Source: Octopus sinensis
Lineage: Eukaryota
NCBI RefSeq assembly: GCF_006345805.1
Contig: NC_042997.1
Location: 744,001-808,000, forward strand
DNA: 64,000 nucleotides
Direction of reading: 5' to 3'
A model generated the notes under the pieces. It had not been told where the DNA came from, made no database searches, and saw only the letters and a list, made by a program, of their open reading frames with translations. Position 1 is the stretch's first letter; the number at the start of each line of letters is the position of its first letter. A program made the position numbers and the translations under genes. Positions 39,461 through 53,348 of the stretch are shown here, piece by piece.

Positions 39461-40809
39461 TGTATACTCTTTTGAGGCATTGCTGTCTGGGAGATATCTT
39501 ATGGTAGTAGAATAGTATTTTAACTGCTATTTCTAAATTTCGGTATGTGGTGAAGCAAATTCTACTGAACCCTAATTATAATTATGCTCATCATTATAGA
39601 TTTTTGTATATATATATATATATATATATAAAGATACATACATGCTTATACGTAAATAAATATATAATATATACACGATAAAAAGTTATAGATGTATGCA
39701 TATATAAAGAAATATGTGTGTATGTGCAGGAATCTTAATTTTAGGTGCTTTACGTCGATTGAGTTGTTTGTTGTTATTTGTACGTCATAGTCAATGTGCC
39801 ACTATTATTGTATTTAAGCGCTGGGTATTGCTAAATAGCTTCTCAAGTAAGCATACCCATTAATTGATCAGTTCATGGGGTTATACTGCCCTACCAGCCA
39901 TCAACATTCCAGAGAAAAGCACCTGAATAACTAGCAGTCTTGGTTTTATTTGTGCCATGCAATTTGTGGCCAATCTCATTCACAAGGGTGTGGTTTGCCA
40001 TTGAATAAATGTGAATATGCGTATTTATTAAAATATCTGTCTTGATAGGAATAAATTTAAGTAAATGTAAAGAGAGTCAATACAAGAAAAAGTAAAATAT
40101 ATCGCTCAAAATGAGTCACCACAATTCCGCAGTTCATTAAATGAATCAAAGCCAGTACAGTGCAAGTGCTATAAAAAGATCAGACATCGAAAATCAGCTC
40201 TATTAAAGAGAACATAAATCGTCAGAAAATAAGGTCTTGTGATGTTAGTCAAACTGAGTCAGCATTACAAATCTGCTTTAGCAACGCTCGAGAAAAGAAT
40301 ACTTCAATTAATATTTCACTGATATGTCAAGATTTTCTCAAAGAAATAATTTCATAGCAACTCTTATAAAGAAGTGAGAATATTATCTTCAAATGCATTC
40401 ATGGCAAGGAAAATACGCAAAACTTTTGATCGGACGATGCCTTGATTGACACAAAATGGCCCAAATTTATTGTTCAAAATTCTTATGAGAATATTTACAA
40501 CCAAGTATACTTGTTTGCTTCAAACTAATTATACCAAGAGAGTCAAATCTCTAAAAGTGTAAGACCTAGTTTTTGTTTTAGGTGTGTTAATATGAGACGA
40601 AATAGGGCTCTTCGAAGGATTAGGAACTAAAAAGTTATTGTCTTAAACATACGAAATGATTACCGTTCATTACTGTTATAAGTTCTTTGATTACTCAGTT
40701 GTTTTAAGAACTATTTACTTAATGGAATTTGGAATCCAAGAAAAATATTGTAGTGACAAAGCAATTTAGAAATTTAATAAAGCTCATTATTGATGAAGAA
40801 TATATTATC

Positions 40810-41170
40810 TTTTACTTGTTTCAATCATTGGGTTGCGGCCATGCTGGAACATCATCTTCAAGGATTTTAGTCGAAAGAATCGACCACAATTCTTGTATTT
40901 TTTTATAGTCTGGTTTCTATTCTATCTGACATATTCACCGAACCGCTAAGTTACGCGTTGTGAACATACCAATACTCTTTCCCAGGAGGTGGTGGATGAC
41001 AATAACACAAAGATATATATACACACATACACAAACAAATGTACACGCACGCACATATATACAACAGGCTTCATTCAGTTTCTTTCTACCAAACGCACTT
41101 ACAAGGCCTTGGTCTGTCGAAGGCTATAGTAGACGGCACTTGCACAAGATGCTACGCAGTGGGACTGAGC
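40810..41170 (-). mobile_element. SINE family A, degenerate
   Basis: ctttacttgtttcaatcatt...gcggccatgctgg...ccgaaccgctaagttac...cgcagtgggactgagcc. Confidence 0.8.
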
Positions 41171-41414
41171 CAGTATACTCAAATCCACTTTGTTGTAAAT
41201 AATATATCACAGTACATTAGATATGTAAGCAATGTCATGGAATTCTCAGAGAGGACTATCTAAATGCAATTTAAAAAAAAACACAGAACCACCTGTCCAC
41301 AGGTTATTAAAATATTTTACGAATGACATTCTTCATTGTACATAAGATAATAATCAGTATTAGGATTTGAAAAGTGAGGGCAATGTTGAAATGGGAGCGG
41401 CGTTGGATGTTGCA

Positions 41415-41479
<65 letters not shown>

Positions 41480-43069
41480 CAATAATAATAATGATAACAA
41501 TAATGGTAATAATAATTAGAATGTACTCTTAGTAGAATTTGGGTTAAAAAATCCCTACTGAAAGAGACATGCAAAACTTTGCCAACCAGTTCTTCTATGT
41601 GAGAAGCTCTATAACATATTTCCCCGGAGCGTGCAACATCGACTAGCTGAATCTGAAAAATAATATACTCTATTAAATGCAAACATTATAAATCAGTATT
41701 AGTTAATTTGTTTTTACAATATAAATTGGATTTTATATGTTCTAATAAATAAGTTACAATTTCGAATCAATGATTGTTATCATAATCTTTTTTTTTTTTA
41801 AAAAAAGATGATATTTGTTTATAATGAATATAAAATAGTTGTAACTTTGAAAATATTTCGAAATAAAGGTGGTATTCATATTCACAATCTCGGTAAATGC
41901 GGTGTATTGACAATGCCTGTTGATATAGTGATACATATATGAAGAATCTTATTTATATTACATATTACAATTTTAATGAAAATGTCAGAGAATTTTGCGC
42001 TTCCCTTCTGTGTAGATCTCCTTACACCCACCTCAATACTTATTATTATATCGTAAGAAAAGAAAACAAAGAGTCTTGGGAGATTTATGTTTTCGTCATT
42101 ACAGATTCAGAATTGGCAATTTAGTTTTTAGTCAAAAATTGATTAGGGTTAAGAAACTTAATGCTCTGTATTTTTAAAAAAATTTTCTTTAATTTGTGTG
42201 CGTTTACAATATGAAACGTTTGTATCTATTTGCATTTTAAGATATATAAATATATCTTGTTTTCTTTCATAATAGCATTTTCTTCCTTAATAAAATGTAA
42301 CAGCAGCATTTAAAATTTTAAGAAGTGAGATAACAAAACTGATGCTTTCGATAACGAATATATATTACATTCAACAACGTAGAAACAAATATGATAATTA
42401 TAATATTGTCATATTCTGTACAGGACGTCTTAAAAATCACTGAATTGAGCTTCTTTATTACTGTTGTTTTAAAAACTACTTTTATACAGTTTAGAAAAAA
42501 AAAGTAAAATGCCGTTATTCTGATATTGAGAATATAAACATTCCGAAAACAGTTTTTTAAAAAATTTATAAGGCATAATGAGAAAAAAATATCATGAGCT
42601 GAGTGGAATATATTTCCCAAGCATTGAAAGTAGAGCTAGTTTTTCTGAATTTTTCATATTATAAAAGAGCACACTATAAAACCAGTATAATCTTTATTAT
42701 ATTTTTATCGAATACTACAAAAATAAATAAGAATATATAAAACTGAACTCAGAATCATACATATTTTCCATACAGAAATTATGGCACCCACCGCTTAGGT
42801 ATTCTAACATATGTCCATATAATTACCGCAATCACTACACTCATCAAGTTATGATTACTTTCTATTTTAAAAAAATAATAATAACAAAAAAATTAAGTTC
42901 AAGCGGTCAGTGTCAACATCTAATAGTCTTCTCGCCAAGGATTATGGCTTGAAAGCTAAATTTCGTAGTCACAATCAATTTTTTCCTAGAAACGAACAAT
43001 CCTTCAGATTACTCTTAACGCTTTTATGTATAACGTAATGTAAAGTTATATATATATAAAACATTAATA

Positions 43070-43234
43070 GGCGCAGGAGTGGCTGTGTGGTAAGTAACTC
43101 GCTTACCAACCACATGGTTCCGGGTTCAGTCCCACTGCGTGGCACCTTCGGCAAGTGTCTTCTGCTATAGCTCCGGGCCGGTCAATGCCTTGTGAGTGGA
43201 TTTGGTAGACGGTAACTGAAAGAAGCCCGTCGTA

Positions 43235-43312
<78 letters not shown>

Positions 43313-43535
43313 GTATGTTTGTGTGTGTTGTGTATCTGTGTCTGTTCCCCCAGCATTGCTTGACAACCGATGCTGGTGTGTTTACGTCGCCGTCACTTAG
43401 CAGTTCGGCAAAAGAGACCGATAGAATAAGTACTGGGCTTACAAAAGAATAAGTCCTGGGGTCGATTTGCTCGATTAAAGGCGGTGCTCCAGCATGGCCG
43501 CAGTCAAATGACTGAAACAAGTAAAAGAGTAAAAG
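43070..43535 (+). mobile_element. SINE family A, full length, young
   Basis: Head GGCGCAGGAGTGGCTGTGTGG (A box) ... GGTTCAGTCCC (B box), internal (TA)n and tail gtaaaagagtaaaaga, followed by (CATA)n. Confidence 0.92.
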
Positions 43536-44160
43536 ATTATACATTTATAGGCATAAACAAACATACATACATACATAAATACATACACATATACATATAT
43601 ACATACATGCATACATGCATACATAAATACATACATACATACATATATACATACATAAATACATACATGCATACATGCATACATGCATACATACATACAT
43701 ACATACATACATAAATACATACATACATACATGCATACATTCATGCATACATATGCATAGGGCCACTCATTCAGCATTTACTGTTAGACATACATAAGAA
43801 TCCTGCTTCTGTGCAGGACTTAAGGGTGATCCCTAAAATACTTTTTACACTGCTCAATGAAGCCCTTAATTTGTGTCTATTAAATAATAATCGTTTCAGG
43901 AATATTTTTTTAACAAGATGTTGATCAATACTCTAGAACGATAAGTGCAATTAGCCAGCGGGTGTGATGAATAGCCTGTATCATTCAGATCAATTATAGG
44001 TGTCAAACCAATGGTAACATTTTGATCAACTATAGTCAACGTCCACTTAGAATTTTACTGCTCCAAAAAAAAAAATACAAAAGGAAAAGCAAAAAAGAAA
44101 ATACCGTGATTTTTTTCGTATTTCTGAACAGCTGACAGATTATGTATGTAAGCATGTATT

Positions 44161-44233
<73 letters not shown>

Positions 44234-44247
44234 ATCTATCTCTCTAT
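44161..44247. repeat. (TCTA)n tract abutting the 5' end of the LINE
   Basis: Direct reading. Confidence 0.97.
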
Positions 44248-44464
44248 CACAATGGACGGACGCTAGTCATATCGGCTCCAAGTAAGTTGGCCACTTTTAC
44301 ATGTTTAAAACTCCTTGTTGTCAAATATTTTGTTTTAATCGTTGTGCAAATTCATTCACTAAAAAACCTGAGAATTATTCACGTAGAATTCCGCCCCTGT
44401 ATGGGCGAAATTACAAAAAACTTTCAAAACTTTCGTGGGTTTTTTAGCCATTTTTCATTTGAAA

Positions 44465-46017
44465 ATGGCAACTAGAAACCACGTGGCTAGCCCGCCAGTC
44501 ATGCAGAACGGTAGCAAAACACTATTGCTACCACTAGCTGCTAAACATCGCAGCGTGAACACCGCTGTCACCACCATCACCACCACCAACAACAACAACA
44601 ACAAATCTAACGTCGCATTCACCATCGCCGCGACCAAAGACATTAACTTAGATTTCCCCTCACTCCCCACACCACTTGTTGATGATAAAGGGACAGAGAA
44701 AGGGATTTCAAAAATGAATACAAACGAAAACATGAATGCCAGCACCACCACCATCACCACCAACAACAACAACAACGAAATTGGCACAAAGCCGCCTACC
44801 AAAGACAACACCGCCAACACCAACACCACTACTACGACGTCAAATGCTACATCCAAGCCTTCTGCTGCTAATACCGCCAACACCAACACCACTACCATGA
44901 CTTCAATTAACACTGCCACAATTAACACTTCTACTGCCAAATTCAAAACGAATTTTGCGGACGTAACAAAACAAAAAGAACAATTGTAACATTCACCACA
45001 CAAGAGATAAACCGCACAAAGGCACTCTTCTCCAAAGAAGGAGACAAATTGCACCTTCATATTCCACAACACATCGTGGAAACACGCAAAAAAAACAATA
45101 ATTTATAAAGTAATAAACAAAAAAACAAGAAGAACAGAAAATGCAACCGCAGGAAAAAATCGATAAATGCCTTCGTCCTGTATGGGACTCCAAGGAATAT
45201 ATCAGTTGGGGAAACAAATTTGGTACAGTCCAAGTACGTTTCCTCAACGAAAGTTTAGCAAAACGTTTTTCCACATTGGAGCTACATTCGGACGACTTGG
45301 TAATGATACCAGTCTATTTAAACAAAAGGGTCACGAAAGTCAAATAAAAAACATACCATTGATGTCGAAACACAATGGGTGGTCTCTGCCATCTGCTTTG
45401 AAATGTCAGAGACAAACATCCTAGAAATCGCGGTTCTAGGAGAGAAAGACTATGTGGGCAAATCAATCGAATTCCTGCTTCAATTGGATGAAGCAGCAAG
45501 AGAGAAGATACCCACCGCTATAGAACTGCCAGGAGGCTACAAACTCTATATAGTGGTAGAGGGCAGGCGACCACGCTGCTATTTGTGTGGAAGCGAAACA
45601 CACTTGAAAAAGACGTGCCCAACCACTGCACACCAAGAGCAACAACAACAACCACTACCACAACCAAAGCACTCCGGAAAAAAAGCTCTACTACCCACAC
45701 CACCATCAACACAGAAGACGACAAGAGAAGCACACCAAGCTAATCCGTCATCAACCAAAAACCACTCGACACCTGGAAAAATACCAACACTACCATCAAC
45801 AGCAAAACCCAAGGAACAGAAAAACAAAGAAAACACACACAAACTGATCCCCCATCCCTTATACCGCACTCAACACACACAACACTCAACACCAACAACA
45901 ACGAAAACAACACCAACCACTTACACAGACATACATAGAAGCCCAACAACACCCTACCCCCTTCTGATTCCTCAGAAATTTCGTCGGAAGACGAAACCAG
46001 TGAGGAATGGCAAATAG
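44465..46017 (+). pseudogene. LINE ORF1 (T/N-rich N-terminus, RRM-like middle, zinc knuckle CYLCGSETHLKKTC), broken by frameshifts as assembled
   Basis: ORF pieces 44435-44989, 45141-45347 and 45379-46017, with a C-x2-C-x4-H-x4-C motif. Frame changes fall at A or T runs near 44973, 45088, 45119, 45343 and 45360. Confidence 0.8.
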
Positions 46018-46471
46018 CTACAAAAAGAAGGAAAATAAAGAGCAGAATACAACCAAACCAAATGCAAACACGAACAAAGCAGGGGGAAATACATCTCCCG
46101 AAGACATTTCAAAACCCAACGCAAACAACAGCCACACCAACACCACAAAAACATATACAGCAAACATGCTCACAGCCATAGACACCAAAACACAAATTTG
46201 ATGGAATACATCCAATCAAAACAAACATAACAGAAGAGGACATAAAAACACAACCACCCATACACAACACCACCAGACCACATCAAAATAATACACATCT
46301 CCAAAAGTCTGCACCACACACTCAAAGGCATTTTCCCCAGTGCGGTTGGTAAATGCCAAAAATATCTCACAAAGAAACTGTACTGGGATCTTCTCGAGGA
46401 CAAACCAACGGAGGAGAAAGCAAAAACTTTCGAGCAGTAAGTAACCCTCTGTATTCTAATTCATTAGAACT

Positions 46472-49400
46472 ATGATCAAGATTGGTTGTGTAAATGCGCG
46501 TGGCTTGGGGTCCCCTTGGAAACAAGGGTACCTCTTAAATGACATAAAGTCACATAAGTTAGAAATCATAGCCATAAGCGAGACCAGACTCCACAATCCG
46601 CGGGCCCTAAAGACCATGTTTGGCGGACAGTTCAACATTTATTTTTCCCCCTGTCTGCCGAGAATGGGCGGTAGTGGCACCGCGGTACTTTTTCACAAGA
46701 GTCTGGATCTCAATGTAAGGACAATATTCGTAGACCCGGAGGGTAGACTGGTCGTCCTGGATGTCGACGGCAGCAATGGGTGCGCTTTTCGGCTCGTATC
46801 AGTTTACGCACCGCCCTTAACAGGTCGGGCGGATTTCTTTCAACGTCTAGAAGTTTTCTTGGGAACGTCTCGTCCTTTACTCTTAGTGGGGGATTGGAAT
46901 GCTACCTTGGACACGCATGTAGACTACGTGGATAGAGATAGGAATAGACGGGGATGCAAATGCCTCAGAGACCTGCTCAGACGCTTTCAACTGTCTGACA
47001 GGTTTCGACTAGACCACCCGAATGCGCCAACGTGGACATGGAGCAACCGCATCGGGTCGTCGAGATCGTATCTAGATAGGATACTGTGTAGGACAGTAGA
47101 TAGAGATAGCATAGGATGTCCACAATTCCACATAGTCAGCTACACGGATCACAACTTGTGACATGTACGCTAGACTTAGGTAAGACACTTAGGCAGGGTC
47201 CCGGATACTGGAAACTAAACGCGTCTTTCCCATCGAGACAAGTTTTCAGAGACCGGATTAGCACACTAGTAAAGAGGGCTTTGACGGGAGCCATCATCAA
47301 CAACAAATGGTGGTTTGCCCTCAAGAGAGCAGTAAAAGCAGAAGCGATTAGGTACAGCAAAGCACTAGCCATAGATAGAAATAGAGTAGAGGGTGAGCTA
47401 GTTAAGAAGCTAGAAGAGGCAATTAGAAGCGGCATCGCATCCGACGTTTTGGCGGCGAGGTTGGCCCTCGACCAACACTTCAACGCCAAACACGAAGGAT
47501 GTGCTGTCAGAGCTAGGATGCGTGCTCTAAGGAACGAAGGTGTTGGAGCCGCGAGAGAGGCCCGGTGGCAGAGGCGCAACAGGGCAACAAAGCCACCATT
47601 CGGTCACTGGTAGATGAACAGGGGCGCGAATTGCTCGAGCCAAGTAAAATGTGTGAGGCCTTTCAGCAGCATTTTGCCCGACTGTTCGGAACGAGTGGAG
47701 GGCAAGAACGTAGGGTGGACTTCAGTGCCTACCTACATAGCCTACCACGACTCTCGACAAGAAAGGCAGGGTGCTGCGAAGGTGCCATCACGGCGGCGGA
47801 AGTGCGGGAAGCGATGGCAGAATGCTCGAGGGACAAATCACCGGGTTTGGATGGTCTACCCTACGAGCTTTACAATTGTATGCCAGACTTGTTTGGAGAT
47901 CTCTTGGCGGCGGTGTACTGCAACTGGCAGCAAAACGGGAGCATTCCTGGTTTTGTGAGCCGAGGAGCCGTAACACTGCTGAAGAAAGATCTAAACAAGG
48001 GAAATGTAATAGATAACTTTAGGCCCATCACTCTGCTTAATGCAGACTTGAAAATTTTGGCCAAGGTGCTAGCCAAGAGGTTGGCGCTTGTCATCGAGAA
48101 ACTGGTCGACAAGGCGCAAACATGCGCCGTGCCAGGCCGGACCATCCATGACAACCTCCATCTGATGCGCTACATCATAGACAGGGTAGTTAACGAACCT
48201 GGCATGGGTGGGGCCCTGATCAACTTGGATCAATCAAAAGCCTTTGATAGGGTAGACCATCGATACTTGGAGGCAGTCCTGAGAGCGGCTGGTTTCGGTC
48301 CCGTCTTCCGCGGCTGGATAGCTGCCTTGTACAGAGGCATCCGTTCGGTAATTCGCGTAAATGGACATCTATCGAGACCTTTCGACATTGCACGTTCGGT
48401 CCGTCAGGGATGCCCCCTCTCGGCGCTTCTATACGTATTGACTCTTGAGCCACTACTGCGGAAGCTGGCGACTCTAAGGGGCATCCCGCGAGAATTGGGA
48501 TGCGGGACGAGCGTGTCTGCATACGCGGACGACGTCACCGTCATAGTGTCTAGCCACGAGCACATCGAGCTGGTCGGCGAGACACTGAAAAACTACGAAG
48601 CGGTGACAGGAGCGAAAATCAACCGGGAAAAGTCAGTGGGCTTGCGACTAGGCACCTGGAGAAGCAAGCCCATGCCGTCCACCAGCGCCTCCGTCGTGGG
48701 ACGCTGGACCGACGGCCCGGTTGAGTTGCTCGGGGTCTGGTTTGGTCCGGACCTCCAAGTGGAGAAGAACTGGAACGAGATAACGAGTAGGGTGGTCACT
48801 CTCGCCCGGCAATGGGCCGAGAGGAAACTGTCCCTAAAAGGTCGAGCGGAGGTGGCGAACACGTACATCGCGTCCGTCATCTACTACCGCCTGACCGTCG
48901 TACCTTGTCCCGACCCTACCATCACCAACTACAACGCATCCTCTTTCGCTTTTGTCTTGTGAAAGGATGCGTCCCGATGGTCAGGCGATCCATTTGCTGT
49001 CAACACCCGTTAAAAGGAGGGCTGGGCATGCCGTGGTTGATGATGCGCAGACACGCGCTGAGACTGCGACATCTCTGGCTCTATGTAGACGACGGTGAAC
49101 AGGTGTGGTCGCCGTTTGTGAGGCACGCTTTCCCGCAGCTCGTCTCCATGACCGAACTGCAGTCGTGGATCAAAAAGAGGCCGAGGAAGGGCGAATGGCA
49201 CCGCGAGTGTCGCGCTGCTCTCAAGCAACTCTGCCGTCCTGGGTCGACCTTAGTGACTTCAAACAACACAAAAGCATTCTATAGGGGTTTAGTGAGGGGA
49301 GGTACGACGACGAGCTCGGGGCGAACCTGGACGTCGACGAGGAGTACCTGACCCGCCTGTTCGGGACGACTTTCGGGCCAGGGCCCATGGACAACTTCCA

Positions 49401-49877
49401 GAGATCCCTGGCCTGGCAGTGCTACCGAGAAGCGCTACCCGTTCGGGATAAGCTCTACAGACACGGCTCGAGAAACACGGGGCCGACCTGCCCGAGATGC
49501 GGTCAGAGCGACGAAACCGTTCTGCACGCACTCGTTCAGTGTCCACAATTTCCGACCTGTGGGCTTATGTCGAACAACTGCTGTCACGTGTGGGACGAGT
49601 CGGTTTATCAGCTGAGTCTATCGTCAATATTGTCACGCCTCCTTCCTTCAAACGGGAAGGAAGAGCTATTTTCATCATCCTTGTGGCTATGGCGAAAGAA
49701 TGTATCTGGTGGACGCGTCTGAAAGGATTGGAGACAAACACTTTCCTCTCTGGTCAATCTCTCATCAACTTCTTCAAGTACCACTTGAAAAGGAAAGTGA
49801 GAGTAGAGAGGCAAGTTTTGTCTAGCGAATGTTTTAAAAAAAGATGGGTGAATGTAGCAAGAATGGCGTATGAATGA
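46472..49877 (+). pseudogene. LINE ORF2: APE endonuclease, reverse transcriptase, C-terminal Cys/His motif; five frameshifts as assembled
   Basis: NARGL, ISETRL, VYAP, VGDWN, SYLDRI and YTDH (APE). KSPGLDG, NFRPITLLN, DQSKAFDRV, VRQGCPLS and AYADDV (RT). CPRCGQSDETVLHALVQCP at the C-terminus. Confidence 0.93.
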
Positions 49878-50311
49878 CGAAGCCACCTTGAGCATAGTCC
49901 TATGAACCCAGAAATCGAAAACAGGGAGTTGCTTATTTGCAGAAAAAAAAAAAAAAAAGAAATATAAAATGTGACTTCATTGACCGAGGTTACCGTGGTC
50001 TTTTCCGTAGGCTTTTCTTTCCACGGGTAAACCTCACCTGTACTCCCCTTTACACTTCATATTGACATTTCTGTGATAACGATCCGTATTGATCAATTTT
50101 TTTTTCCTCTCCCCCTTATTTTTTTTTTTTTTTTTTTAACCCCCCCTTTTTTTTTTGTCCTCTTTCTCTCCTTTTACGATCCCTTTTGATCGAAACTCCC
50201 CCTCCTTTTTTTTTTTTTTCTTTTTTTTTTTTTTTTAAACCTTCAAAAGAAAAGCTCTACCTTGTAATTTGTTCTATCTGTGTGCAGCCCTGTGTGGCTA
50301 ATAAAGAAACA

Positions 50312-50340
50312 TATCTATCTATCTATCTATCTATCGATCG

Positions 50341-50419
<79 letters not shown>

Positions 50420-50420
50420 G

Positions 50421-50481
<61 letters not shown>
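50312..50481. repeat. (TATC)n tract forming the 3' tail or flank of the LINE
   Basis: Direct reading. Confidence 0.97.
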
Positions 50482-51478
50482 CACACACACATACAGACAC
50501 ATCCGCGCACATTTATATACGCAGTGATTTATATAAGTATGCATATGTGTGCGTTTCATGTGTGTGTGTGCCTATATGTACTTATGGGTTTGTGTGAGTA
50601 AAATATATATTTTTTACAAACACAAGTGGGCCCAAAACAATATTTAGTATGAATAAAGAATTATTTACTTATTAGAGTTATATGTTCATATTTTGTAACT
50701 TAGTCTTGGGAAAAGTAGCAACGGCTACTGATATCTAAAAAGCTTCGTCCATACTTCACAATGAACGCATTCCGATGTACATATACACACATACATACAC
50801 GCACCCGTATACACGCACGCACGCACACACACACACACATAAATTTATGGGATGATATAGTCCATTAAAGAAAATACAATGTCATTTGAAGTTTATTCCC
50901 AGATAAAATGCAAGCCAACATCAAAAGAAAGAGATTCGATTTGTAGAAAAAATAGGCAGACCATATGCAGAAATATTTCCGGTTGTGTATGGTGGGTAAA
51001 ACGTTGTAAATGTTATTAATCATTACATACAAATATTAGAAAGCTGAGTCAGTCAACCTGCAAAGCAATATTTATGCGGTGTAAATGAATAAAAATTAAA
51101 ATATATAGTTCAATAACCGAATCAGGATAAAGAAAATAATATGAAAATGATGATATAGGAAATGTAAAAAAGATAGGATGGATATAATTACAGAAACACA
51201 AACTTGTGTGTAAATAATATATAGTTCGTTTAGTATTGTGTGTAAATAATATGTAGTTCGTTTTGTACTGTTTGTTAAATAAGTAGGGAAAAACTATTTA
51301 TATATATAGTTGCGCTGAAAGAGGAGGGTCAGAACATATTAGAAAGGTTACGCAAGTTTTTAATCAAATGTACTAAAGTCATGGACTTTAGGAGACACTT
51401 TCAAAAGGCTGAGAGTTCGGGAATCTGCATATTTGTAAAATTTTTGAGGATAAGTCACGTTTAATATATCCATGGTGA

Positions 51479-51795
51479 AGGCGCGTGGCTTGGTGGCTTG
51501 GACATTCGATGCATGATCGTAAGGTCGTGAGTTCAATTCCTGGCAACGCCTTGTGTTCTTGAGCAAGATACTTTATTTCCCGTTGCTCCAGTCCATTCAG
51601 CTGGAACAAATGAGTAGTATATCAAAGGGCCGGCCTTGTCACACTCTCTGTTATGCTGAATCTCCTTGAGAACTACGTTAAGGGTTCACGTGTCTATGGA
51701 TTGCTCAGACACTTGCAGGTTTATTCCACGAGCAAGCTGTTCCGTTGATCGTATCAGCTGGGACCCGCCTCGTCGCAATCGACTGAGTGAAGAAG
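51479..51795 (+). mobile_element. tRNA-derived SINE family D
   Basis: A box TGGCTTGGTGG and B box GAGTTCAATTC, followed by cttgagcaagatactttatttcccgttgctccagtcca (CORE/V-like central region; assignment tentative). Confidence 0.7.
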
Positions 51796-52213
51796 AATTT
51801 ATTCATAATCCAAATTTCTGAACCCGTTTCTGTATCGCTCTTGGACCTTCGACTTGATAATCTAATTGGTAGAATGTTCTTTTAAATTTATACCTCTATA
51901 GCAAATAACTGAAGAAACAAGCATGACTGAAATAACATTGTTTGAAATCTAGCTTGTACTAGAGATGCGGAATTCTGTAAGTTTGTAACGTATATTAAGA
52001 TAACGATTGCTGGAGCTCACATACGCACAATTAATATCGCTGTAAACAGGCAGAGTAATACCACACACAGGCGTGCGCGTGCCCCTCTGCGTGTGTGGTA
52101 TTAGTCCCTTTAGTTCATAGCGATATTAATTCTTAGAATTCAATATTCTTATGCTTTACATTAAACCGCCAGTTCCTTACTGACCACAACATCAATTTAT
52201 ATGTATACATACA

Positions 52214-52464
52214 TATCATTTGTCAATAAGAATAAAATGCATACAATCTGGAGCTGATATGGCGACTCTACGAAGATTTGAACATGCTCAAAATTTGTAC
52301 CAAGTTTTGTCACCAAGATGACGACCATACTGGATATCAACTACTTCACCGAGATGGGCCTCAAAACTACTCCTCACCTTTCCTACAGTCCACACATTGC
52401 TTTCTGTTTGTTTTGGGTGGTCCCCAAGCTTAAAGAAACCCTCCATGATGATCGTTTTGAAGAT
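52214..52464 (+). repeat. Inverted ~251-bp copy of the interior (52664-52914) of the adjacent mariner relic
   Basis: Reverse-complement alignment by eye gives 7 substitutions in about 251 nt. Confidence 0.95.
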
Positions 52465-52471
52465 AAGTTTA

Positions 52472-53348
52472 TATACAAGGTATACTTCTGAAGGCTTCAA
52501 ATGTTTCAGGAGAGACATTTGTTAATTTTAAACAAGACCAAAATCTCTAATCTCTTTCAAAATAGGATCCTCTAACCTCAATGCACTTGTAGCACGCCTC
52601 AGCCACTTCGTGAAGGCCCTGTTGATGTCGAAAGTATCCAGAACCCTTGACACAGCCCCCTTCATCTTCAAAACGATCATCCTGGAGGTTTTCTTTAAGC
52701 TTGGGGATCACCCAAAACAAACAGGAAGCAATGTGTGGACTGTAGGAAAGGTGAGGGGTAGTTTTGAGGCCCATCTCGGTGAAGTAGTTGATATCCAGTA
52801 TGGTCGTCATCTTGGTGACAAAACTTGATACAAATTTTGAGCATGTTCAAATCTTCGTAGAGTCGCCATATCAGCTCCAAATTGTATGCATTTTATTCTT
52901 ATTGACAAATGATAGTCTTTAAGTAGAAAATTGCAGATTTTCTCAACCGGTTTCGATGTTCTAATGCCCCTTTTCCTCCCACTCATCACGCCTCCTCTCT
53001 ACCGTCCTTGAACATATTGTGCCAGCGGAAAAGCTACTTCATAAACTATGCGGAGCATTTCATACATTTCTGTAGCGTTTTTGCTCAGTTTAACACAACA
53101 CTTTCTTGCACAGCCACCTTCCAAATTGTCTTCATCACCAGACTGCGTTCTGCAAACTAGTCAGCTTTGACAAGCAGTGTTGAGTAGGATGTGTTCAAAA
53201 TGCTGTCCTGTTCAATCCAGAATAACAAAAACAGACAGGTCACTTTATTAGATATATAATAATGATATACTAAAATCACAGTAACCTTGGACAGTTGTAA
53301 CTGCCTGACATATAATTGTCTAGAAACTTCTGGAATACACCTCGCATA
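52472..53348 (-). mobile_element. Internally deleted mariner transposon
   Basis: LFRWHNMFKDGRE (HTH) and VEKICNFLLKDYHLSIR are joined directly to TTPHLSYSPHIASCLFWVIPKLKENL...CIEVRGSYFE (decayed YSPDL motif). Degenerate TIRs (tatacaaggtatacttctgaagg / cttctggaatacacctcgcata) carry TA ends. Confidence 0.85.

Larger units (their letters stand above)
44248..50311 (+). mobile_element. Apparently full-length Tx1/L1-clade LINE (~6.06 kb)
   Basis: ~215-nt 5' leader, ORF1 with a CCHC knuckle, and ORF2 with APE-RT-CCHC. The T-rich 3' UTR ends in AATAAA (50300-50305) gaaaca then (TATC)n. Confidence 0.93.

Noticed and set aside
44455-45072. 205-aa minus-strand ORF
   Set aside because: Antisense of the T/N-rich ORF1 N-terminus.
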